Source: a virus
Taxonomy: Duplodnaviria > Caudoviricetes
Reading direction: 5' to 3' (one strand)
Virus record (IMG/VR): IMGVR_UViG_3300001765_000047
Location: 1-54,581 of that record
Length of the DNA stretch: 54,581 bases
Shown here: one piece after another, positions 43,995-52,800 of the stretch
Layout of the letters: every line of letters starts with the position of its first letter
Position numbering within the stretch: position 1 is the stretch's first letter
The notes under the pieces: generated by a model
Seen by the model: the letters and a program-made list of their open reading frames with translations, nothing else
Told to the model about the DNA's origin: nothing
Databases searched by the model: none
Made by a program: the position numbers and the translations under genes

Positions 43995-44972
43995 ATGGCA
44001 CACGAACTCGATACAACAACAGGCAAGGTCGGCATGGCCTACGCCGCAGGATCGGCAACACCCTGGCACGGCATGGGGCAGACAGTCAACCCAGGCGCGT
44101 CCATCGAAGAATGGAGCAAAGCAGGCGGCCTCGACTGGAGTGCAGTCCGCACCGAGGTGATCTTCAACGACAAGAACGATGAATACGCATTCTGGCCCGA
44201 CAAACACGTCCTCTACCGCAGCGACACGGGCAGGCCACTGTCGGTGGTCAGCAAGGATTACCGCACCGTCCAGCCAGCCCACATCCTCGGTTTTTTTAGG
44301 GAACTGGCCGAAAAGGGCGACTTTCAGATCGAAACGGTCGGCAGCCTGAAAGAAGGCAAGCGCATCTGGGCACTGGCCCGGGTTGGAGAAAACGCGCCGA
44401 TTCAGGACGACTTGGTGGCCCCCTACCTGATGCTGGCGACCAGCTACGACGGCAGCATGGCGACCATCGCCGCGCTGACCGCCACGCGTGTGGTTTGCAA
44501 CAACACCCTCCAGCGAGTGCTGAGAAATGAAGACGGTCGCCACCAGGTCACCATCTCCCACAGCGCGATGTTCAAAGCCGACAGCGTGCGCCGGGAACTC
44601 GGCATCGCCCTGACATCCTGGGATGAATTCCTGACCAACGCCAACAAGCTGGCCGACCGCAAGGTCAGCGACACCGAGATGGATGCCTTATTGCAAGAGT
44701 TGATCGAGCCACCCTACGGCAAGCTCTACACCCCGGAACAGATCACCAACAGCAAGGGTTATCAGCGCATCCTCGGGCTTTTCAAAGGCGGCCAGCTTGG
44801 AGCAGGGCAGGATGCCATCGACGGCACCGCCTGGGGTCTGGTGCAAGCCATCGGCCAATACACCGACCATGAGCAAGGTCGCCTGCCAGACAACCGGCTG
44901 GATAAAGCCTGGTTTGGGCCTGGCGCGAAGTTCAAAGAAAAAGCCTTCAACATGGCGCTGGAGATGGTATGA
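43995..44972 (+). CDS. DUF932 family phage/plasmid protein, 325 aa
   Basis: MAHE..PWHG.G..LDW, YRSDT..L.VVS..Y..VQ, ET.GSL..G.RIW.LA, TSYDGS and RVVCNNTL. Confidence 0.88.
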   Translation: MAHELDTTTGKVGMAYAAGSATPWHGMGQTVNPGASIEEWSKAGGLDWSAVRTEVIFNDKNDEYAFWPDKHVLYRSDTGRPLSVVSKDYRTVQPAHILGFFRELAEKGDFQIETVGSLKEGKRIWALARVGENAPIQDDLVAPYLMLATSYDGSMATIAALTATRVVCNNTLQRVLRNEDGRHQVTISHSAMFKADSVRRELGIALTSWDEFLTNANKLADRKVSDTEMDALLQELIEPPYGKLYTPEQITNSKGYQRILGLFKGGQLGAGQDAIDGTAWGLVQAIGQYTDHEQGRLPDNRLDKAWFGPGAKFKEKAFNMALEMV

Positions 44973-45736
44973 AGAAATCACACACCCCAGGCCCATGGAA
45001 AGCCTACACACCAACAGAGCAAGATGGTATTCGTAAAAACGCATCATCCTATGCGCCTGAAGGCGACATTTTCAGGATAGGTGGAAACCTTCAAAAAGGT
45101 GGCCGGTACGTTGGCTTGCTTTTTAAGTCACACCCGAATGAGCCAGACCCGACAGAGGCTGATGCCCGCTTGATCTCCGCCGCCCCAACCAGCAAGGCTT
45201 GCACCAAGTGCGGGGTGGTTAAGCCGCTGGGGGAGTTCCACAAGAGCAACAGATCAAAAGATGGTCTGGCCTACTACTGCAAGCAATGCAATAAAGCCAA
45301 ATATCTTAAGTGGGCCGAAGCAAACCATGAAAAAATTAAAGCATACGGTGCCAAAAACTATAAAGAAAACCCTGAAAAGATAAAGGCACGACTTGCTAAG
45401 TGGAAAGAAGAAAACCCTGAAAAGTTAAAGGCCGCAAAAGCTAGGCAGTATGCCGCATGGCGAGCAAGGAATCCCATAATTCCGAATGAAGCATTTAAAT
45501 ATCAAAATGATAAGTACGAAGAACAACGCAAAAAAGAATGGGGACTTGCTAACATAGATCACATAAAGACCAAATCATCAGAAGCAATAAATATGCTGAA
45601 AGACCACTACATTGCTAGGCTAATTGGAATCTCCGTCTCCCAAGCCACCCCAGAACTACTCGAACTCAAGCGCGAACAGCTCACATTATTAAGAGCAACC
45701 AATCAACTCAAAAAGGAAATGAAAAATGTCGAATGA
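44969..45736 (+). CDS. Chimeric hypothetical protein: HTPGPW/ARLISAAP domain, Zn ribbon and basic helix, 255 aa
   Basis: HTPGPW..ADARLISAAP joined directly to CTKC..K...EF..DGL..YCKQC; ATGA overlap with the upstream gene. Confidence 0.65.
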   Translation: MKKSHTPGPWKAYTPTEQDGIRKNASSYAPEGDIFRIGGNLQKGGRYVGLLFKSHPNEPDPTEADARLISAAPTSKACTKCGVVKPLGEFHKSNRSKDGLAYYCKQCNKAKYLKWAEANHEKIKAYGAKNYKENPEKIKARLAKWKEENPEKLKAAKARQYAAWRARNPIIPNEAFKYQNDKYEEQRKKEWGLANIDHIKTKSSEAINMLKDHYIARLIGISVSQATPELLELKREQLTLLRATNQLKKEMKNVE

Positions 45737-46040
45737 ACTTGTCACCGCGAACGATCTCTCCCAAGCCCTTAGCCGCTCACTGCTTGATGTGGCGATGGGC
45801 CGAGAAACAAATAGGTCAAAACTGCAAAAGCAGATTGATATATCTGACGCACTTAATCGGCGTATGCAAACCCAGATCAACACCATGAAGGTAATGATCG
45901 AAGCGAAGAAAAGCGGGATTGACTTTGCATTAGCCATGCGCGACATCAGAGCCATGATGAAAGAGTCTGGTGAGGATATTGAAGCGGTCACAACCACTTT
46001 TGACGATGACAAAACGAAGTGCATTGATTCAAATTCATAG
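45726..46040 (+). CDS. Hypothetical protein, 104 aa
   Basis: Overlaps the upstream stop; SD AAGGA; helical. Confidence 0.6.
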   Translation: MSNELVTANDLSQALSRSLLDVAMGRETNRSKLQKQIDISDALNRRMQTQINTMKVMIEAKKSGIDFALAMRDIRAMMKESGEDIEAVTTTFDDDKTKCIDSNS

Positions 46041-46082
46041 CACAAAACGCAGCACCCACAAGCACTAGAACCATATAACACC

Positions 46083-46355
46083 ATGAAACACCACCCAACA
46101 GGCGCATTCACAGACCTGCCCGTCATCATCGACGGCCCAGGCCAGTACCGCACGCGAGGCGGCAACGTCGCCCACGTTGACCGCATCAGGACAACCAACA
46201 GCGCACCCAACATGCCACCGGCCACGTTCGCCGCCACCGGCCACATCGAGCACCGCACCACGCGCGCCTGCCGCTCGGAGTTCACGACCTGGCACGTCAG
46301 TGGGCGCAACCGGGCGCTCGGGCTGCACTCCGGCGACATTGTGGGGAGGGATTGA
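46083..46355 (+). CDS. Hypothetical protein, 90 aa
   Basis: IIDGPGQYRTRGGNVAHV motif; codon usage like its neighbours. Confidence 0.6.
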   Translation: MKHHPTGAFTDLPVIIDGPGQYRTRGGNVAHVDRIRTTNSAPNMPPATFAATGHIEHRTTRACRSEFTTWHVSGRNRALGLHSGDIVGRD

Positions 46356-46357
46356 GC

Positions 46358-46528
46358 ATGAGAGTAATGGGCATCATCAACGGCTGGGTTGAAGCACCAC
46401 ACTGCTGGAAGCAGCATATAAAACGCGGGGTCGAAGTAACTAGAGAAAAACGAGAGCCACACTCGAACGACATTGTGATGATCCTCTTTTTTGGCATTGT
46501 GACGTTTATTGATCTGAATCGGAAATAA
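46358..46528 (+). CDS. Possible small protein, 56 aa
   Basis: ATG 2 nt after the previous stop, with SD GGAGG; below the ORF-track cutoff. Confidence 0.3.
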   Translation: MRVMGIINGWVEAPHCWKQHIKRGVEVTREKREPHSNDIVMILFFGIVTFIDLNRK

Positions 46529-46589
46529 CGCTTTACTTCACCACAACAGCACACTAAAATCTGTACATCACAAACAAACCAAGTGCCAA

Positions 46590-47228
46590 ATGAAACTGAC
46601 CCACATTTGCAGCAAGTGCAAGATCGAGAAACCTAGCACAGACTTCTATACAGACAACTCGTCTCTTGGTCACGCTTGCTGGTGCAAAGAATGCGCAAAA
46701 GCACACGTCAGAAGCAAGACATTGCCTATCCCATGCCCACACTGCGGGACGCTGTTCAAGCGTCACACATCGCAAAGCTATTGCTCGATTGAATGCGCGT
46801 TGTGGGATCGGGTTGCAAAAGGTTTACCTGATGATTGCTGGGAATGGACAGGATCAAAGCAAGCGTATGGATACGGGGTATTTACCTACGACAACAAAAA
46901 ATACGCATCACACAGAGTCGCGCTCACCTTTTCAGTTGGAGCATCTGAATTACAAGCGCTTCACTCGTGCGACAACCCGGCGTGCTGTAACCCAGATCAC
47001 CTCAGATGGGGAACCCAACAAGACAACATGGACGACTTGTGGTCGAGGGGAAGAAAGGTTTCACCAAACAGAACAGGGCACTGGAAAGCCCAATTTACAG
47101 AACAGCAAGTAGCTGAAATAAAGGAGAAGCTCGGTAAGAAACGACAAATAGATATAGCAAATGAATATGGTGTAAAAAGATCAACGATTGCCGACATTTC
47201 AGCCGGTAGATCATGGAGAAATAAATAA
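46590..47228 (+). CDS. Free-standing HNH endonuclease with Zn ribbons and C-terminal HTH, 212 aa
   Basis: DDCWEWTG..GYG..HRVA..LHSCDNPACCNPDHL..GTQQDNMDD; C-terminal IANEYGV..STI..I..G.SW. Confidence 0.88.
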   Translation: MKLTHICSKCKIEKPSTDFYTDNSSLGHACWCKECAKAHVRSKTLPIPCPHCGTLFKRHTSQSYCSIECALWDRVAKGLPDDCWEWTGSKQAYGYGVFTYDNKKYASHRVALTFSVGASELQALHSCDNPACCNPDHLRWGTQQDNMDDLWSRGRKVSPNRTGHWKAQFTEQQVAEIKEKLGKKRQIDIANEYGVKRSTIADISAGRSWRNK

Positions 47229-47584
47229 TGTGGCTCTTCCTTCAAAATAGTTTTATCAGCATCGTCCAGAAACCTGACGACAAGGACACCCTGACCGTCC
47301 GCGCCCGCGTCAAGGGCGACATCGCCCGCGCCTTCCCCGGCACCAAGGAAAAGCTCGGTGGCGGCACCGACTACGCCTACCGCGCCAAGGTGCCCCGCGA
47401 AGTCGTGGCCAAGACCATCAGCGACCAGATCATGGCATTGGATTATTCCAATTTCAAGGACTCCATCGCAGACAACGAGCACCACACATTCTGCGCAAAG
47501 GTCTGGGGTGTGGCCTACAGCCACCAGAACCGCATGGGGCAGGTCAGCGCTGCAAAGGGCAAGCAGAAAAGCTTGATCGGATGA
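47228..47584 (+). CDS. Hypothetical phage protein, 118 aa
   Basis: MWLF..FISIV..VRAR..TDY.YRA..LDYSNFK; TAATG coupling. Confidence 0.7.
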   Translation: MWLFLQNSFISIVQKPDDKDTLTVRARVKGDIARAFPGTKEKLGGGTDYAYRAKVPREVVAKTISDQIMALDYSNFKDSIADNEHHTFCAKVWGVAYSHQNRMGQVSAAKGKQKSLIG

Positions 47585-47859
47585 CCGCCATGAAAGAGCC
47601 AATCAAACAGGGCGACAAGGCCCATATCATCAAGGGAGTGCTTGGCACCACTGGCCCCAACGTCGGCAAGGCGGTCACCGTCGGCCAGTGCCAGGGAGAG
47701 CACAGCGAGCATGGCCGAATCTGGCGCGTCCATGGCGAAGGGCTGATCACCGAGTATGGCGCGACCGGCACCGAGCTGGACTGCGCGGCATCATGGCTGC
47801 GCAAGATTGAACCGCCGCCGCTGAAGGCAACACCACGAAGCAAAGAGGTGACGGCATGA
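47581..47859 (+). CDS. Hypothetical protein (small SH3/KOW-like), 92 aa
   Basis: IKQGDKAHII..NVGKAVTV..WLRKI; ATGA overlaps at both ends. Confidence 0.65.
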   Translation: MTAMKEPIKQGDKAHIIKGVLGTTGPNVGKAVTVGQCQGEHSEHGRIWRVHGEGLITEYGATGTELDCAASWLRKIEPPPLKATPRSKEVTA

Positions 47860-48485
47860 ACGGCGAACAGTGCGATGGGTGCCGTTTCTGGTATAAAAAA
47901 ATCGCGTCCGAATGCAGCGAAGGCAATGGCACCGAATCAGTTTGCAGACGCTACCCACCATCAATAAAGTTAAGGGAAGCAGAAGAAGCAAATTCATACG
48001 CAAGTCCTTGGACTTTGGGTAACGACTGGTGCGGAGAATTCCAGCCAGCCAAAGTTGGCCAGCCAGACAAAGTTGAAGGACATAAGACCTTAATAAGGAA
48101 CTCAAGTCTTTTAGTCAGAACCATAAATTGCCTTGCTGCTGAAGGATTCATTTACATCGAAGATGCATTATCAGAACCAGATGACAAACTGATAAAAATC
48201 CCGAACTTTTGCAGGAAAAACCTGATCGATCTCAGGCAATGGGCAGTCGTAAATCAGCCAGCCAAGACCGACCAGAACACTGCAACAAGAACACTAATCG
48301 TTAAATCTGGCCTTTCACTACGAACACAGAAAGTCCTCCTCGCAGAAGAGTTATCAACCGTAGAAGAAGTAGTCGCAAGAAAAGATGTTGATCTGTCGAA
48401 GATTCCAAATCTCGGCAGAGTAAGTTTGCTGGAACTTAGGGATTGGGAACGTCGCAATCAGCCAGCCAGCAAGTCCACGACCTGA
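47856..48485 (+). CDS. Cys-rich domain plus two RNA polymerase alpha-CTD-like domains, 209 aa
   Basis: LLVRTINCLAAEGFIYIEDAL..LIKIPNFCRKNLIDL and LSLRTQKVL.AE..TV..V..DLSKIPNLGRVSLLEL, compared with RpoA LTVRSANCLKAE.IHYIGDL..LLKTPNLGKKSLTEI; N-terminal CDGC..C..CRRYPP..WCGEF. Confidence 0.85.
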   Translation: MNGEQCDGCRFWYKKIASECSEGNGTESVCRRYPPSIKLREAEEANSYASPWTLGNDWCGEFQPAKVGQPDKVEGHKTLIRNSSLLVRTINCLAAEGFIYIEDALSEPDDKLIKIPNFCRKNLIDLRQWAVVNQPAKTDQNTATRTLIVKSGLSLRTQKVLLAEELSTVEEVVARKDVDLSKIPNLGRVSLLELRDWERRNQPASKSTT

Positions 48486-49363
48486 TGGTCAACCTTGGCA
48501 TCCAAAAAGCCCTTGAGCTTTGAAATAGGAACCAGGCTTACTGCCTGGCTTTCCCAAGTCATGGCCTGCGCAGGGTTCCCCGCCACTCTCCGCGCCAGAT
48601 AGTAGCGAGTCACCGAAGTGGTGCGCTCCACATCCCCCAGATAATTCACGACGTTGGCCTTGATGCCAGCTTCCTCCCAGGCTTCCTTTATCGCGTTGGC
48701 CTGAAAAGTCATTTCATCTTCGACTTTGCCCTTGGGGAACGTGTTTTTGTATCCCCCAAACTTGTTCGTGGGCGACACCACCCAGACCCGGCCATCAGTC
48801 TCCACAATGATCAGCCCTGACGCGGGCAGCTTGCCGATGGGGCAGTGCAGGGCAGGCTCGACCAGGTCATCCATCACACCGTCAACGTAGTCCCACTGGT
48901 CGTCCGACTCGGGCGGTGTCCAGTCAGAGAACGGGATGCCGTTCAGCGACTCGGGCATGGCGCACCCAGGCGTGATCGTGGCAATAGCGCCAGGGTCACC
49001 CAGCGCCTCGACGTTCGCTACGCTCGGGCTGTAGATCGGAACCTGTTGGCCTTTGTCGCCAGGCTTGGGGTGATAAGCCTTCGGTTGCGGCTTGGGCGCG
49101 CTACTGAACAGCGACCCAGACGAACCCCCATGACCGACCCACAACGACGACTGTGGCGCTTTTGTTGGCACGGATGCCGGAGTTTTTGGAAAGCCGTACT
49201 GTGGAGCCTTCACGCTGGGCGCAATGCCAGATGACCACTTGGCCGGTGGCTTGACCGCTTTCACCCGTTTGTCCTCATTGGGCTTGACCACCGTGCCGTC
49301 GGCCTTTGTGTAGCCAGGGATGTGGGACTTGGCGATGGATTCGGATACCAGCAGGACGGTCAT
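48458..49363 (-). CDS. Nudix hydrolase with KSH leader, 301 aa
   Basis: ASGLII..DGRVW..FPKGKVE..ANAIKEAWEEAGI Nudix box; N-terminus IAKSHIPGYTKADGTVVKPNEDKR. Confidence 0.85.
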   Translation of the reverse strand: MTVLLVSESIAKSHIPGYTKADGTVVKPNEDKRVKAVKPPAKWSSGIAPSVKAPQYGFPKTPASVPTKAPQSSLWVGHGGSSGSLFSSAPKPQPKAYHPKPGDKGQQVPIYSPSVANVEALGDPGAIATITPGCAMPESLNGIPFSDWTPPESDDQWDYVDGVMDDLVEPALHCPIGKLPASGLIIVETDGRVWVVSPTNKFGGYKNTFPKGKVEDEMTFQANAIKEAWEEAGIKANVVNYLGDVERTTSVTRYYLARRVAGNPAQAMTWESQAVSLVPISKLKGFLDAKVDHQVVDLLAG

Positions 49364-49365
49364 AG

Positions 49366-49851
49366 CTAACTTTTCCTGTCCGTGTCGGTCAGTATTTGCG
49401 TGACGTTTTTGATGTTCCAGCCCATCTTCATCGGCATGATGATGTCGTCATCGTGCTTCATGGCCTCGAACGTTGACCAAAGCAGCCAGTCGAACAGCAC
49501 ACGGTACGGGTCATCTTCACGGATTACCCTCTCGGTAATCCAATAGGTGCCAAGTTCAACCATCAGCTTAGAACTCAAACCGCCGTGGCGTGTATTCCAG
49601 CCAACTATCCCAACATAATCCTTGTTGTCGCCAGAAAAGACTGCTGAGAACTCCCGGCCTCGAATGTCCACCAGCTTGATCATCTGCTCAGGGAGCAGTT
49701 CGCCGCGACTTCGCGCCATGATCCAGCCGACGATGCTCTCGATGAATTCTCCCAGAATACGCTCTACAACCGTGGGGCTGCCCAGATAGTTGATGTTCAG
49801 AATTTTGGAGAATGATGCCGGAGCATCGACGTTCTTTTTTAGTTTAGCCAT
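49366..49851 (-). CDS. Hypothetical protein, 161 aa
   Basis: Start moved to ATG 49851 (MAKLKK) with SD AAGGGG; sits between the polyvalent and Nudix genes. Confidence 0.65.
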   Translation of the reverse strand: MAKLKKNVDAPASFSKILNINYLGSPTVVERILGEFIESIVGWIMARSRGELLPEQMIKLVDIRGREFSAVFSGDNKDYVGIVGWNTRHGGLSSKLMVELGTYWITERVIREDDPYRVLFDWLLWSTFEAMKHDDDIIMPMKMGWNIKNVTQILTDTDRKS

Positions 49852-52800
49852 GACAGCCCCTTTAACAAATCGCAACGAACAAAGGCAAGGGATTTGCCCA
49901 GCGCCGCCAGCGCATCCACCTCGGCCAGAAAGCCCGCGTGAGGGGGAAGCATCAGTAAATCAAGTGTAAGCCCGTTCGGGTCTGCTGAGTTTCCTTTTTT
50001 CACACCCAGCACCACAAAGCGCGCTCCCATCAATGTGGTTACCTCCATTTCCTGATTTTTATTCGGCTCCCATATATGGTGACCATCAGCATCAACCTTC
50101 TTGCCGTTGTATTTTCCAGTTCCATACGAGTCAAGCGCCTTGGCACCTTCGGCATAACGGATGTTGAGAAACGCCTTACTCGCAAAATGGCCCTGATCCC
50201 CCCAATTCTTGAAAATTGAGCAGCACATCCCATCTGTGTTCTGGAACACCAGGCCCGGCCCCTCTTTTTCAACTTGGCTTTGCATCGCTGAATCCATGCT
50301 CATCCAGCGGCTAATGACCGTTCCCTCTTCATGCTCAACCGCCTCGGAATACGCCGCATTTGTCAACTTGTTCAACGGGACACCTTTGGCGCTTTGTGTT
50401 AACCCTGCTGACCAGTAGTGGTTGTGTACGTCTCCGTTACCAAGGACAGAACCAATCCACCCTTTCAAATTGGCAGAGGCAGCATTGAACCAAGAAATCG
50501 CTTTGTTTTCTGTTTTTTGCTTGAAGTACAGCGTTTTTGCTGGGATGAGGCTGGCAATTGCATTGGCCCCAACATGGCCTAGTTTGAGCCAGTAGCCGAC
50601 AAGCTTATCGGGAGACACGGTTTTAATTGTCTCGCCAGGGCTGAAATAACCGGCATTAATGGATACCTCTGAAGCCGTCCCGCCACCAAAAAACGGCAAG
50701 TTCAACATCTGAAGGGCTGGAGCCTTTGCAGAACTAGCCAGGAGGTCACACAACGCGACCCACTGATTTTTTACCGTTTTTGACAAATTGTCTGTAATTG
50801 GCAATTTCCCAAGCGATGCGCCGGTGACCTTATCAACCGAATTAAATTGGTACTTCTTTAGTGCAGTCAGGTTTCCAGCCGCAGCCAAGGCATTCATTTC
50901 CTTGAGAGCTTCCGTGTTTGCCGCATTGAAATGAGGACTACTCGATAACCCTTTTCCAGGCCCGTAATAATTCGCGTAGTCAACCAGAGGCGGCAGGCTC
51001 GACACATCAACCGGCAAATTGGACTCATCGACCGTTTGCTTCGCACCGCTCCACTGATCAACGATGCCGAACTTCGCCAGGATAAAGGCACGCCGCGCGA
51101 TCAGCGTCTTGGCAAGCGCGGCCTTGTCGGCATCCGACCCAGGCCCACTAATCTTGCACATTTCCTCAATCTGGGACGGCATCATTTTGTTGAGCTGCAC
51201 CAGCCCCCAGGACATCTTGTCCTTCGTCATGCCAGCGAACACCGCCGCCGAAGTCGGGTTCTTTTTGGCATCGAGTAGCGTTTCAAGCTCGGGCACCGTG
51301 TCCCCAAAGTCAGCGCCTTTTTTGCCGCCCTGCGCCCGGTACACCAGAGCACCACCAACATCAACGTGGACAGCCGCGCCAGACTTGTCGAGCATCAGGT
51401 TGTCGTTGGACATGCCGACCACGTCCCAATTTCCAAGCCATGCATCCAGCGCGAACGCATGATGCGCGCCCAGCGCCTGCGCCAGTTGCGATGCCGTGCC
51501 CTTGCTGATGCCATCGACCCACTTTGACGCAATGCCGACCTTGCCGCCCTGTTCCACCAGCTTGATGCTCGGCACCGACACCCCGAGCATTTCGTAGAAC
51601 TTGGCCGCCAGCAGTTCATTCATTGCCACGTCGGTGTCAGTCGGGAATTTGCAGTACCACTCCTGGCCGCTGCTGTCCTTGAACTTGCCGCCGGGGTTGG
51701 AGCCTTTCTGCGGCCCGGTATGCTGCCAGCCGTCGATCACCGTGATGGGCGGCTTACCCGCCACCGATTTGACCTGTGATGGTTTGATGGTGGTGCTTGC
51801 CGGGCTGGCCGGTGCCGCTGTGGTGAACACGACCTTCTTAGCCTTGGGTAACTGCTTGGCCGCAGCGGTCAAGTCCATCACAAACTTGTGCATGGCCGCG
51901 TGCCTTGCCTTCTGCAAAGGAGTACCAGAAAGCGGAACAGCAGCAATATTGCTCAACTTGACGTTGAGCTTAGTTACCGCAATCGAGATGCGCCCCGATT
52001 TGTGATAAGTGATGTGTTTTTTAAGCCCGGCAAGCCCACCAGTGACAACTGCAGCCTGTAGTTCTTTGGCGACGTTGGCGTAAAGCGGCCCAAACTTGTC
52101 CGGTGAAATTGCCTCGAAGTCGGGCACGACCACGGACTCGAACGGCCCTGGCTGCATGTGCCAGTGCCCATTTTTGAACACCAGGGTATCGCCGTTCACG
52201 CCTTGCTTGGTGTCGCCGTCCTGTGGGCCAGGTGCAGCAGCAACAGGAGAGCTTAGTTTTGCGATCTCTTTATCCGTTGGGGATGCCACAAGTGCAGAAT
52301 GATCGACACAAAGAATCGCCAACTGTGCTGCCGCATCTTCGGGATGCTTGAAGTAGTCGTAAACGCCAGGGTTTCCATTTGGGGTTGTTGATCCAACTTT
52401 ATAGTTACCGGCTGAATAGGTCACGAACAATTCGTGACCATCCGGTGCAGTGAGCGTTATAGATGGCGAGCCACCATGAACAATATCGCACTGCTCATGC
52501 ACCCAGCTTGAGGCAGGCGCGGCAGCAGGCGCGGCAGCAGGCGCGGGCTGGGCCACTGGCGCAACAGCGACCGGAGCAGGCGCGCCACCCTGGTACTCAT
52601 GATCAATGCCGCCGGTGACAAACGAGTATCCGGCTTTTTTCTTTTTGGAAACAAGGTCAGCCATGGCTTTTGATGCCTCGACGTTTGATCCAAAAGTTTT
52701 AATCGTCGCGGAGCCTTTCGTACCAATCGACCCGTACTTGGTCTGCATCTGGTTGCCACTAATCGAGACAGACCAAAACTTGTTGTGACCAGGCTCAGTG

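Noticed and set aside
47856-48485. Calling this gene rpoA
   Set aside because: It lacks the alpha N-terminal assembly domain; only CTD-like repeats are present.
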